From NCBI GenBank assembly GCA_019058315.1, contig JAHPZH010000001.1, positions 945,432 through 1,009,431 of the forward strand: 64,000 nt of DNA. Reading direction: 5' to 3'. Under the pieces are notes generated by a model. The model was given only the letters and a program-made list of their open reading frames with translations, searched no databases and was not told the origin of the DNA. Numbering within the stretch: position 1 is the first letter of the stretch; each line of letters begins with the position of its first letter. Made by a program: the position numbers and the translations under genes. This document shows positions 9,487 through 19,231 of the stretch, one piece after another. The stretch is from Candidatus Helarchaeota archaeon. Lineage in GTDB: Archaea > Asgardarchaeota > Lokiarchaeia > Helarchaeales > RDOG01.

Positions 9487-10809
9487 GTGAAAAATATGGC
9501 TGAAGAGCCTGTAATAACAGATCTATATGTTTGTAAAGAAACTGGAAAGAAAAAAGGCGCAGGAACTAAAGAAGAACCACTAAAATTTTTATGGCAAGTG
9601 TTAGGCAAAATAGGAGACAATACGAGAGTACATGTAAGTGAAGGGCGTTATATGGGTCAAGGAAAAAAAGGAGCAATGCCAAAAATTGTAGCACATAATA
9701 TAAGCATAATTGGTGGGTATTCACAAGATTTCTCAAAAAGAAACCCTTTTGAATATCTCACAATAATTGGAACTGACGGTGAAGTTCAAGGTCCTCCTAC
9801 CGATACTACAATTAGAATTCAAGACGATAAAAGAGAACCCGGAGACATAGTTGTTGATGGTATTTGTATTGATCGTGGTGATTATTCAGTTTATTACGGA
9901 GAAGGTCCGCCAGGTGCAGGGAAAAAAATTGAAGGTTATAAAGATTGTACTGCTTGTGGTTATGGTGCATTGAATCGAAAAATGGCTGGAAGTTCACCCA
10001 CAATAGAAATAATGGCAAATACAAGCAACATAACGGTTAGAAACTGTCTTTTAATTAATAATATGTGGTGGGGAATTTATGTAAAAGCTGGTGGTGCTGT
10101 TCTAATCGAAAATAATCTAGTATTCATTTCCCAAGGTCGTGCGATAGAGGCTTTAGGTGCTTGGGGATCTCCAAAATTCACTATTAAGAATAACACGTTG
10201 GTATTTGGAAACTCGTTAAAAACTACAGAAGGACGAGCTATCTCCGCAAATCCCTCTGGAACCTATTCGTATGTTATTGAAAATAATGTAATTGCATTTA
10301 ACGATGGTGGAGGAGTTACAACGAAATTCGGAGCAGGCGAAGGAATGGAAATAAATGGCAATCTATTCTATTTTAACCGTAGGGCCGATTTTAACGAAAA
10401 AGCGGGTCAAGGCACTGCAAATGCAAATACATTTGAAGATGACCTGGAATTTGACGCCGAGGATAATGTTCATGAACTTCCTAAATTCCTTGCAGCATTA
10501 GGGGATGCCGCGAAGGATTGGTTTGATAGATACAGCCAAAATTCATTTGTGGACATGATAGCAGGAAATTATAATACAAATGACGAGTTGATGAAAGCTC
10601 GTGAAGTATTAGGATTAAAGGAATATCATCTTGTAGGTTACGATGACACATATGCTAGTTATCCGGATTTACCATCAAATAGACCTAAGTGGAACATGAG
10701 TCGTTATCCAAACCCCATGAAAATTGGCGAATTAATGGACTGGAAAGTTGCAATTCTACCAATAATTGGTGCCGATGGAAATAGAGGTATACAACCTTTT
10801 AAAGAATAA
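9487..10809 (+). CDS. Right-handed beta-helix (pectin-lyase-like, DUF1565-type N-terminus) protein
   Basis: LYV...G.GTKEEP...VHVSEGRY...IIGGY opening motif and repeated IENN/IKNN strands; no signal peptide visible. Confidence 0.7.
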   Translation: MKNMAEEPVITDLYVCKETGKKKGAGTKEEPLKFLWQVLGKIGDNTRVHVSEGRYMGQGKKGAMPKIVAHNISIIGGYSQDFSKRNPFEYLTIIGTDGEVQGPPTDTTIRIQDDKREPGDIVVDGICIDRGDYSVYYGEGPPGAGKKIEGYKDCTACGYGALNRKMAGSSPTIEIMANTSNITVRNCLLINNMWWGIYVKAGGAVLIENNLVFISQGRAIEALGAWGSPKFTIKNNTLVFGNSLKTTEGRAISANPSGTYSYVIENNVIAFNDGGGVTTKFGAGEGMEINGNLFYFNRRADFNEKAGQGTANANTFEDDLEFDAEDNVHELPKFLAALGDAAKDWFDRYSQNSFVDMIAGNYNTNDELMKAREVLGLKEYHLVGYDDTYASYPDLPSNRPKWNMSRYPNPMKIGELMDWKVAILPIIGADGNRGIQPFKE

Positions 10810-10915
10810 AGTTAAACTCTTCTTTTTTTTTAATTTTTTTGAGATTTCTATTAAATTTCCAAGGTAAATTCAAAATTTATGAAGATTTTTAAAATTTATT
10901 TTGTTATAGTTTGAT

Positions 10916-11089
10916 ATGGAACCTTCTACATTTGAAACCACTCACTATGTTTTTTGCCCAAGATGTAAAAAAAGAACAAAATTTACAGCATATATGCATT
11001 ATTCTAAATACGTCTGTGAGGAATGTGGTCTTTCATTTGATTCAAAAGACTACTCTAAAGTTCTAAAAGAATATAGTTCCAAGAAATAG
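10916..11089 (+). CDS. 57-aa Zn-ribbon microprotein (absent from the ORF track)
   Basis: Manual translation MEPSTFETTHYVFCPRCKKRTKFTAYMHYSKYVCEECGLSFDSKDYSKVLKEYSSKK*; two CxxC pairs. Confidence 0.75.
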   Translation: MEPSTFETTHYVFCPRCKKRTKFTAYMHYSKYVCEECGLSFDSKDYSKVLKEYSSKK

Positions 11090-11262
11090 TTCATTCTCTA
11101 AAGAAATTTTAATCAAAATCAGATTAGCCTTTAATTAAGTAACCAGTAAGCTAAAAATCAAATATCTAATTATAATTAATTCCGTAAAAGCAAGTATTAT
11201 TAATATTATGAAAATAATAAATAACATAAGTTCAAACAAATGAGAAAAGATGGTTAAAAAAA

Positions 11263-11907
11263 TTGACATTTGATAGATTTAAAAGAAGTCTTATATCAAG
11301 CATAAGATGGAGAGCTGAATCTTACCTAAGAAGAAAAGCTAATGACGTAATATCAAAAGGTTTCAATAAAATAAAAACAAAAGGTGTAAATAAGACTCTT
11401 GAAAAAAAAGTTGTCAAAGGTTTTGATGAATTCAAAGAGATGTTTGATGAAAAGGGAACTGATCCACGAGAAGTCATTCTACTATATTGTATTGCTGCCT
11501 TAGAATATGCAAATGGCAATGATGATGGAAAATATATGGCAACTCTTTGTCTTCCTAAGAATTTCTGTCATAAAGATCCAGGTTCACCCTCCGGATTTAC
11601 GATAGATATTAAAGGTGAGCTCTATTTTCTAAATCAAGTTAGAGAACATCCAAATAATATCAAATCATATTTAGGGGGTACACCCGATAACAACTATGAA
11701 ATTGACGAGGATAATTTAAAATTACATATAATTAAAGAAGGTATCGAGAAGAATAAAGCATTAATAATAATTCAAAGTGCTGGCAAAGATAATCCTACAC
11801 CTGTAGAATTGAAAAAAAATAAACATGGTTATTGGAAAATCTTTAAAGGAACAGGCTCCATAGCAACAGGCGTAAAGGTGACAGCGGAAGAACAAGATGA
11901 CTTTTAA
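11263..11907 (+). CDS. Hypothetical protein, DUF6935-like (possible NTF2-like fold)
   Basis: SYLGGTPDNNY and SAGKDNPTPVELKK...GYWKI recalled as DUF6935-like; not verified by search. Confidence 0.6.
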   Translation: MTFDRFKRSLISSIRWRAESYLRRKANDVISKGFNKIKTKGVNKTLEKKVVKGFDEFKEMFDEKGTDPREVILLYCIAALEYANGNDDGKYMATLCLPKNFCHKDPGSPSGFTIDIKGELYFLNQVREHPNNIKSYLGGTPDNNYEIDEDNLKLHIIKEGIEKNKALIIIQSAGKDNPTPVELKKNKHGYWKIFKGTGSIATGVKVTAEEQDDF

Positions 11908-12001
11908 TTTATTTGAGAAAAATTACATCTTTTTTTTATAATCTTTATAATTTTAAGACATATTAATCTCTTAATGTTAATCAGTAAATGGTGGTAAAAA
12001 A

Positions 12002-12466
12002 TTGAGTGAAGAAGTAGAAAAAGAGGTAGAGAATGAGGAAGTAGAGAAAGAATCAGTAGAAGAAAAGAAAGAGGAAGAAACTACCGAAGAAAAAATAGAA
12101 GAAGAAGTCGATTCTGTTAAACCAGGTCTGAGTCCCAAACAAATTGCTATTCTACATTATAAATTACTTATGGAAAATAATCAAGACGAATGGATAAAGA
12201 CGCTAAAAAAGGATCTTCGAGTAAATGCCAAGGATCCCGCTTCCTCACCGGGATTTTGGTGGTTAACAGGGAGACGTTGTGTAACAAAGCATGGATATTC
12301 ATATACTTTTAGACATGAAGAAACAAAACAAGAAAATTATGTAAAGTTCTTTTTTAATCGATTAGACAAAGATGGAAAACCTGCAATGACTGGTCAAGTC
12401 CCAATCCACGTAATAAGGGACGAAAAAACCGATGGTGAATGGAGAATCGACACAGCAAGTTATTAG
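12002..12466 (+). CDS. Hypothetical protein with Glu-rich N-terminal extension, paralog of 12585..12935
   Basis: SVKPGLxPKxIAILHY, WWxTGR, FRHEET, KFFFxRL and EWR shared with the next gene. Confidence 0.8.
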   Translation: MSEEVEKEVENEEVEKESVEEKKEEETTEEKIEEEVDSVKPGLSPKQIAILHYKLLMENNQDEWIKTLKKDLRVNAKDPASSPGFWWLTGRRCVTKHGYSYTFRHEETKQENYVKFFFNRLDKDGKPAMTGQVPIHVIRDEKTDGEWRIDTASY

Positions 12467-12584
12467 AATACGCAATTATTATGAAATTTTAAAAAAATTA
12501 TTTTTTACATTTTTACCCAAAAAATTTTATTATTTAATGAAATCCAGTTAGTTATTATATACTGAATTTAAGGAAGTATTATAA

Positions 12585-12935
12585 ATGTCTGTAAAACCTG
12601 GTTTAGGTCCAAAGGAAATCGCAATACTGCATTATCAGTTAATAATGGAAAATAATAAGGAAGAATGGCTAAAAACAGTAATGAAGCAAAGAATTGGGAT
12701 ATCTTCGAATCAATGGTGGAAAACTGGGCGAAAATACATAGACAAAAAAGGCTGGTCCTATAAATTTCGACATGAAGAAACAAGACCTCAATTTAAAACA
12801 GAAACTAGCAGAAAATTTTTCTTCTATAGATTAAATGAAAAAGGAGAAGAACAAGGAGCCGGACCAGTCCCTATTATAATTGTTAAAGATCCCGATAACA
12901 ATGATGAATGGAGAGTAAAGGTCTCCTCTTGGTAA
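12585..12935 (+). CDS. Hypothetical protein, paralog of 12002..12466
   Basis: Same motif set without the acidic extension. Confidence 0.8.
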   Translation: MSVKPGLGPKEIAILHYQLIMENNKEEWLKTVMKQRIGISSNQWWKTGRKYIDKKGWSYKFRHEETRPQFKTETSRKFFFYRLNEKGEEQGAGPVPIIIVKDPDNNDEWRVKVSSW

Positions 12936-13010
12936 AATTTTTAATTCTTATTTTTTCTTTTTAAATATTTATGATAAATAAGAAAAGCTTGATTTGGAAG
13001 GAATGATAAT

Positions 13011-13655
13011 TTGAGTAATAAGATTTATGATTTTTTAACAAATCCTAAAACTGTGAAAATTTCTACGATTGCCGCTTTTATAACGGTATTTTCAGCATTG
13101 ATTATTGGTTATATTATAGCAGCATTTTTTGGTACGCAAGGATATAACATGATCGATAATTACATCAGTGATATGGGTTCTATAAAATATACCCCATTTC
13201 CATATATGAGGACAATTGCCAATGTAGGTTCAGGACCATTATTTTTACCAATTACATTTTATATGAAAAAACAGCTTGCATCCAGTGAAGATCAAAACAT
13301 CTCTAGGGGAAGACTGTTTTTAGGCAATATTGGCTTTGCTACAATGCTTGTGATCTTCCTTGGAATGGTATGCACCGGAATTATAACTGAAGATGTATCT
13401 ATGCTTATTCATATTATAATTGCAATTACTGCCATTTCAGCTGGATGGATTTCAATTCTCTCATATAGTATACTAATATTCAAGTATCAAACTGAAATTC
13501 ATAAAAATGTTGGTTTATATGGACTAATTAGTTTACCTACGATTCTTATTCTGGTGATTATCGGATTTCCTTCACGAATATTTTATGAATGGGTGTATCT
13601 ATTATCCTTTTATTTCTGGCTCATATTGTGTGCTCGAAATCTTCTTATTTCTTAA
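13011..13655 (+). CDS. DUF998/Frag1-like membrane protein
   Basis: GY...NYISDMG motif after the first TM; about six TMs; conserved H and E-W. Confidence 0.7.
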   Translation: MSNKIYDFLTNPKTVKISTIAAFITVFSALIIGYIIAAFFGTQGYNMIDNYISDMGSIKYTPFPYMRTIANVGSGPLFLPITFYMKKQLASSEDQNISRGRLFLGNIGFATMLVIFLGMVCTGIITEDVSMLIHIIIAITAISAGWISILSYSILIFKYQTEIHKNVGLYGLISLPTILILVIIGFPSRIFYEWVYLLSFYFWLILCARNLLIS

Positions 13656-13755
13656 CTATTTCTTTTGCAATATTTTTTTAAATCCCCAGTTTAGAATAAA
13701 AATTAAAAAATAAGTCTTATTTATAAATTAAATAAATAGGGGAGACGTCAATTAT

Positions 13756-15171
13756 ATGCCAACTAAGAAAAAATCCATAAAGAAAACAAAGGGAAAAAAA
13801 CAAGTAAAGAGCAAGAAAAAAAGTAAAAAAACAAAGAAAATGAAAGCAGCAAAACAAAAAAGAAAGCTTCTAGCAGAGTTAAATGCAAAAGAAAGAAAGA
13901 AAAAAGTAATTTTTGGAGGACAAACAATTACACTTGAAGAACAATACGCTCTTGAGGACATAGAAAAAGAATTTGGAAGAAAGTTCAGCAAATTTAAAAG
14001 GATAGAATATGAACAATTCGGATTTTATGCTCACAATGGGAATGTTGTTAATTTAGAAATTCGTAATGTGGGATTAAAAAAAGTTCCAGATTCGATTGGA
14101 CTTCTTAAATCGCTAAAAAACCTGACTTTAAGTTATAACAAATTATCAAGTCTCCCTGACTCGATTGGAAATTTAAAGTCTCTCCAAGAACTTTTATTAC
14201 ACGGGAACCAATTGACAGCCTTGCCTGATACAATTGGCAATTTGGAATCGCTCACAAGACTTTGGTTACAGGATAATAAATTAACCAAACTTCCTAAAAC
14301 CTTACTCAATTTGTCTAAATTAGGAATGTTAGAAATTAAAAATAATCCCTTGTCTAAAGATTCTATTAAAATTTGGGAAAAATTGATGAAGCAAACAGGA
14401 AGATTTGGAGATATTACAAATGAAGAAAAAAAAGCTTTAGCAGATCTGGAGAAAGAAATTGGACAACCTATTCCTAAAAAGAAATATTTATCATTTCATC
14501 CATTTGGATTTGTAATTGAAAATGGGCATGTTACAGAATTGGGGATCGATAATAAAGGATTATCAAAAGTCCCTGATTCGATTGGTAATTTAAAATGGCT
14601 AAAATTGCTCAATTTGGGGTGGAATGGGGAGTTAAAAGCACTACCAGAAACGATTGGTAATTTGGATTTACTTGAAGTATTAGATATATGGGCTAGTAAA
14701 TTGACCACACTTCCGGAGACGATAGGCAACTTGAAATCTCTCAAAGATTTAGATGTAGGATGGAATCGTATAACTTTAATTCCTGAGTCGATTGGTGACC
14801 TAGAATCTCTTGAAAGTTTGAGTCTTGCACATAATATTGTACTAAAAGTACTCCCCGACTCAATTGGTAACTTAAAATCACTCCAAGAGCTACGATTAGA
14901 AGGTAATTTTTTAAACAATCTCCCAGAGTCTATCGGAGATCTTTCTAACCTTAAAACATTGACTTTAAAAAATTCTACTTTACCTAAGCTACCCAAATCG
15001 TTCGAGTCTCTTAATCTCAAGAAATTGGTATTGGGAGAATATCAGGTGAAGGATTTTCCAGAAGAATTGGCTAAAAAACTTAAAGCAAAAGGCTGTCGAA
15101 TTACTTATGAGGCACGAGAATGGATCGGTGGCTGGGGAGGAGATTGGGAAACAGTAACTTACGAACTTTAA
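13756..15171 (+). CDS. Leucine-rich-repeat protein, two LRR modules, Lys-rich leader
   Basis: 23-24 aa LPDSIGNLKSLxxLxLxxNxL repeats in two capped blocks; GGGGAG SD. Confidence 0.92.
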   Translation: MPTKKKSIKKTKGKKQVKSKKKSKKTKKMKAAKQKRKLLAELNAKERKKKVIFGGQTITLEEQYALEDIEKEFGRKFSKFKRIEYEQFGFYAHNGNVVNLEIRNVGLKKVPDSIGLLKSLKNLTLSYNKLSSLPDSIGNLKSLQELLLHGNQLTALPDTIGNLESLTRLWLQDNKLTKLPKTLLNLSKLGMLEIKNNPLSKDSIKIWEKLMKQTGRFGDITNEEKKALADLEKEIGQPIPKKKYLSFHPFGFVIENGHVTELGIDNKGLSKVPDSIGNLKWLKLLNLGWNGELKALPETIGNLDLLEVLDIWASKLTTLPETIGNLKSLKDLDVGWNRITLIPESIGDLESLESLSLAHNIVLKVLPDSIGNLKSLQELRLEGNFLNNLPESIGDLSNLKTLTLKNSTLPKLPKSFESLNLKKLVLGEYQVKDFPEELAKKLKAKGCRITYEAREWIGGWGGDWETVTYEL

Positions 15172-15186
15172 GGAGAGTTATATTTA

Positions 15187-18100
15187 ATGCCTAAAGGAAA
15201 AAAAACAACAAAAAAGAAGGAAAAGATAAAAAAACAAGTAAAAAGAAAGAAAAAAAGTAAAACCACAAAGAAAAAGAAAACCGAAACGCAACAAAGAAAG
15301 CCTTTAGCAGAGATGTCAGCAGAAGAAAGAGAAAAAAAGGTGATTTTTCGAGGACAGACAATTTCACTTGAAGAGCAATATGCTCTTGAAGATTTGGAAA
15401 AAGAACTTAATATGAAAATTGGTAAATTCACAAGGATAGAGTATAAACAATTTGGATTTTTTGCTCATAATGGAAGTGTCAGGAACTTAGAGATTCGAAA
15501 TGTGGGATTAAAGAAAGTACCAGAATCAATTGGTCTTCTGAAGTCTCTAAAAGACCTGACTCTAAGTTATAATACATTAAAGATTCTTCCAGAGTCGATT
15601 GGGGATCTCGAATCGCTTGAAGTACTCTATTTACATGGTAATCAATTGACAACTTTACCGAAATCAATGTTGAAATTATCTAATCTACGAGGTATAAAGA
15701 TTGAAGAAAAAAATGTTCCAAATAACAATCCATTGGATAAAGCTTCTCAAAAACTCTTGGCACAATTGAGAGAGAGAACAAGTAAAAGGATCGAAAAAAA
15801 GCCGATTACAGATAAATATCAAGGAATAACGGTCACAGTTGAGGAAAAGAAATCGTTGAAGGATCTTGAAAAATTAATTAAAAAGCCAATCCCCTACCAA
15901 TCTGTCCCCCAAAGAGTTTATGCATTAAACATTCCATTCGATTCCAGAAGAGTTAATTATGATTTCGGGTTTAGAACTTCAGGGGGGAATATTATTGGAT
16001 TAGGTTTGCAGGAATTAGAATCACTCCCGGAGTCTATATCTCAATTAAAATGGCTCAAAGGATTGAGATTAACAGATAGCAATTTTAAAGCTCTCCCGGA
16101 ATCGGTTTTTAGTCTAAATTTACTCATCTTCCTAACTCTTAGTAATAATCAATTGATTAAAATCCAAGATTCCATCAAAAACTTGCAATTGCTCGAACGA
16201 CTAGATTTGAGTAATAACCAGTTAAAAACTCTTCCAGAGTCCATTGATAATTTAATTTCACTTCGAAGTTTATTTTTAAATAATAATGAACTAACTCAAC
16301 TACCCGATTCGATTACTAAGTTAAAGGAACTTCAAACTCTACATTTACATAATAACAAGTTGAAAACTCTCCCTGATTCGATTGGTGAATTAGAAAAAAT
16401 CAGGGATTTGAAATTAAACGATAATCTATTAGAAGAACTTCCAAAATCAATTCGTAAAATAAAGGATGTTAGTAATCTAAATCTATCTAACAATAAATTT
16501 TCTATTATCTCTAATGCTATTGGAGCATTCAAATCCCTCTATAAACTAAATTTAAGTAATAATCAGTTGGAGTCACTCCCCGAATCGATTGGAAAACTTA
16601 AATCTCTTGAAATATTAGATTTAAGTAATAATCAGTTAAAAAGTCTTCCTGAATCGTTTGGAAAATTGGGAAAACTCCTTGAATTAAATTTAGAGAATAA
16701 TCAATTAACGACTCTCCCCGATTCTTTTACCAAACCAGAGTCTTTTGGTAATATGAGATGGTTCCGTACCTTAGATTTAAGTAATAACCAATTAACAAAA
16801 TTACCAGAGGACATTGGTAACTTAGTGGAACTTACGACCTTGGATTTAAGTAACAATCAAATAACGACACTGCCTGAATCCTTATTAAAACTTTCCGAAT
16901 TGCATTTAATAATCTCTAACAACCCATTATCTAAAAAAGCTTTTAAAATCCTTGATAAGATGGAAAAAACAGGTGCCAGAATAGAAAGGACTGAACTTGC
17001 AAAGTTATCCATGAAATATCGAGGTAAGAAGGTTGCCTTTGAGGAAAAAGAAGCGCTCGAGAGTTTGGAAAAAGTTGTCAAAGGTGAGCGCATTACTTGC
17101 GTCATAAAAGAGCCTCACATTAATAGAATAAACTTATCTAATAAAGGGTTAACAACTTTTCCCGATATTATAACTAAATTTAAATTCCTTACTTCTCTGG
17201 ATTTATCTGATAACCAGTTAACGGTGCTTCCTGAGTCAATTGGTAATTTGAAATTGCTCAATTATCTTAATTTAAGTAATAACAAATTGACAACACTCCC
17301 CGATTCAATTGAAAATTTGAATTCGCTTAATAGACTTCAATTATCAAATAACAAATTGGAAAAACTACCTAATACAATAGGTAAACTAAAATCACTCAAG
17401 ATTTTGATGTTACAAAATAATCAACTAGCAACTCTCCCTGATTCCATTGGTGATCTTACCTCCCTCTCCACTTTACATGTTGAATATAACATTCTGACAA
17501 ATGTTCCAGAGTCAATTGGTAAATTAAAAAATCTTCTTGAATTTGAATTGAGTTTTAATAAATTAAAGACGATACCGAAATCAATAGGTATTCTGGAATC
17601 TCTTAGAGAATTACATTTAGGGATGAATGATTTAATAACTCTTCCCCCATTATCAAACTTAAATAAACTCAAGATATTATATTTAAGGGGTAACGAATCA
17701 TTAACATTACCGAAATCGATATCAGAGCTCAAAAACGTAATAGTTGATAGTATGATAGTACTGAGTGAGTCGAAGATAAAAACCTTAAATTTGAGTAAAT
17801 TGAAGGAATTCTTGCGTTTGGAAGAAGGTAGCTGTGGACAAGAAAGTGGGAAACCTAGTGTTACAATTGATGAGAAGTTCATCGGTCCTTGGCTTTGGAT
17901 AAAGGCACGCGTGGAAACTGAAGGGAAGGAGTGGACTCCATCTACCGATCGCGCTAGTGGAGATGATGTTAGTTGTACTACAGGATACGACTGGGTAGGT
18001 TTGGCTGAGACCGTACCAACGAATATTTTTCTCCCCAAAGAACTAGATCATTGGGCTGTTTATAAAACATGGCACTCATATGAATATTGTGACTGGGCTC

Positions 18101-18288
18101 GATATGAGAGTGGGAGTTGGGTAAAGGACGTTTCAGAAGACGGAAAAGTGACTATAGTAAAGGCAATTGAATATTTTAGCGAAAACCCTGATTGCATGGA
18201 ATATGTTCAACTAGAAAAACCAATAAATTCCACTATAAAACCCAAAAAGAAGGTCAAAACCAAGAAAAAAACTAAAGCTAAGGAATAG
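15187..18288 (+). CDS. Leucine-rich-repeat protein, three LRR modules, unique C-terminal domain, Lys-rich ends
   Basis: More than 20 LRRs in three capped blocks; Trp/Cys/acidic C-terminal domain; KPKKKVKTKKKTKAKE tail. Confidence 0.92.
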   Translation: MPKGKKTTKKKEKIKKQVKRKKKSKTTKKKKTETQQRKPLAEMSAEEREKKVIFRGQTISLEEQYALEDLEKELNMKIGKFTRIEYKQFGFFAHNGSVRNLEIRNVGLKKVPESIGLLKSLKDLTLSYNTLKILPESIGDLESLEVLYLHGNQLTTLPKSMLKLSNLRGIKIEEKNVPNNNPLDKASQKLLAQLRERTSKRIEKKPITDKYQGITVTVEEKKSLKDLEKLIKKPIPYQSVPQRVYALNIPFDSRRVNYDFGFRTSGGNIIGLGLQELESLPESISQLKWLKGLRLTDSNFKALPESVFSLNLLIFLTLSNNQLIKIQDSIKNLQLLERLDLSNNQLKTLPESIDNLISLRSLFLNNNELTQLPDSITKLKELQTLHLHNNKLKTLPDSIGELEKIRDLKLNDNLLEELPKSIRKIKDVSNLNLSNNKFSIISNAIGAFKSLYKLNLSNNQLESLPESIGKLKSLEILDLSNNQLKSLPESFGKLGKLLELNLENNQLTTLPDSFTKPESFGNMRWFRTLDLSNNQLTKLPEDIGNLVELTTLDLSNNQITTLPESLLKLSELHLIISNNPLSKKAFKILDKMEKTGARIERTELAKLSMKYRGKKVAFEEKEALESLEKVVKGERITCVIKEPHINRINLSNKGLTTFPDIITKFKFLTSLDLSDNQLTVLPESIGNLKLLNYLNLSNNKLTTLPDSIENLNSLNRLQLSNNKLEKLPNTIGKLKSLKILMLQNNQLATLPDSIGDLTSLSTLHVEYNILTNVPESIGKLKNLLEFELSFNKLKTIPKSIGILESLRELHLGMNDLITLPPLSNLNKLKILYLRGNESLTLPKSISELKNVIVDSMIVLSESKIKTLNLSKLKEFLRLEEGSCGQESGKPSVTIDEKFIGPWLWIKARVETEGKEWTPSTDRASGDDVSCTTGYDWVGLAETVPTNIFLPKELDHWAVYKTWHSYEYCDWARYESGSWVKDVSEDGKVTIVKAIEYFSENPDCMEYVQLEKPINSTIKPKKKVKTKKKTKAKE

Positions 18289-18505
18289 ATTAGTTAAAAA
18301 AAGCAGTATATTGGCGTATTTTTATTCCCTGTATTCCAAATAATATATTTTTCATCTATACTCTAGAGATTATTTAAATATAGAAAAATCGTCTTTTTAT
18401 TTCTCTTGAAGCATTACCCTGCCAAATTTAATAAAAATCAAAATAGAAAAATTAATTTTATAAAAAAAAATTAGAAAATACAGATGAAATTGAATCATTG
18501 AACAA

Positions 18506-18673
18506 CTAGTGTTGTGTAGTCAAAAAGATTAGCATAGCTAAAGCTCCCAAAGTTCCAAAATACCAGTCAGAGCGAGATAGGTTAGAAACAGTCCATAAGT
18601 ACACACCGAGAAATGCAATTCCTATTGATAATCCAAGTAATATATAACTTAATATTTCTTTAAATTCTACCAT
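18506..18673 (-). CDS. 55-aa two-TM membrane microprotein (absent from the ORF track)
   Basis: Manual translation MVEFKEILSYILLGLSIGIAFLGVYLWTVSNLSRSDWYFGTLGALAMLIFLTTQH*; GAGGA SD. Confidence 0.75.
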   Translation of the reverse strand: MVEFKEILSYILLGLSIGIAFLGVYLWTVSNLSRSDWYFGTLGALAMLIFLTTQH

Positions 18674-18687
18674 ATTTTTTCATTCCT

Positions 18688-18849
18688 CTAACTGGTAATT
18701 ATATAATGTAACGCAGTAAAAACTAAAGCTATTGTGATAATGGATACTTTGGAGATTTCAGATAAATTGAAAAAAGCTAATAGGAAGGTCACGAATGCAA
18801 TTGAACTAAATATTATTATTAAAATACTGATGAATTCATTTCGTTCCAT
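18688..18849 (-). CDS. 53-aa two-TM membrane microprotein
   Basis: MERNEFISILIII...HYIITS*; GGTGGT SD places the start at 18849. Confidence 0.75.
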   Translation of the reverse strand: MERNEFISILIIIFSSIAFVTFLLAFFNLSEISKVSIITIALVFTALHYIITS

Positions 18850-18865
18850 ATATACCACCACTGGC

Positions 18866-19027
18866 TTAGCCACCGAACCCCTTAAACATGAGATATAGAA
18901 GAATTGGGAATATTAAGCTTAATATTTGGTTTAAATTTGAAGCGATTCTTATACCTAAAAATGCAAAGACTAATGCTGCTGATGTAATGCCTAAAGCTAT
19001 GATAGTTAGTACATCTTCCCGTTCCAT
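18866..19027 (-). CDS. 53-aa two-TM membrane microprotein
   Basis: MEREDVLTIIALG...FKGFGG*; GGAGG SD inside the 3' end of the upstream gene; start 1 nt after the upstream stop. Confidence 0.75.
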   Translation of the reverse strand: MEREDVLTIIALGITSAALVFAFLGIRIASNLNQILSLIFPILLYLMFKGFGG

Positions 19028-19028
19028 A

Positions 19029-19226
19029 TTAACTTCCTCCTTCAACAAAAACTCTGAATAACCATGGACCATAAGCTGTTGTGTAAGATGTATAATACTG
19101 TCCAATAGTAGCTAGACGAGAAATTTGGAGTAACATCATGATTCCAAGAACAACAGTTGCTATTAAAACTCCGGTTAAAATATATCTTAAAATATTTGAT
19201 AAAATATCTGATGTTTCTGATGACAT
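19029..19226 (-). CDS. 65-aa membrane microprotein, first gene of a four-gene operon
   Basis: One strong TM (YILTGVLIATVVLGIMMLL) followed by a Tyr/Thr-rich segment; no SD, likely leaderless. Confidence 0.7.
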   Translation of the reverse strand: MSSETSDILSNILRYILTGVLIATVVLGIMMLLQISRLATIGQYYTSYTTAYGPWLFRVFVEGGS

Positions 19227-19231
19227 AATAT

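Noticed and set aside
9445-13000. AAAAGCTTGAT upstream of both 9487 and 13011
   Set aside because: Only two copies of an AT-rich 11-mer; compatible with chance.
13856-15575. Near-identical LRR segments as a diversity-generating retroelement template/variable pair
   Set aside because: No reverse transcriptase in the window, both copies are coding, and differences are not confined to adenines.
13752-18038. Long antisense ORFs over the LRR genes (13752, 14496, 15168, 16332, 16857, 17421) and similar ones at 24195, 37992, 45300 and 53875
   Set aside because: In-register shadows of repetitive or biased sense genes; Phe-rich text mirrors the Lys codons; no motifs of their own.
18866-19105. 79-aa and 61-aa versions of the microprotein ORFs in the track
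   Set aside because: The extensions overlap upstream genes; SD motifs support ATG 19027 and ATG 18849.
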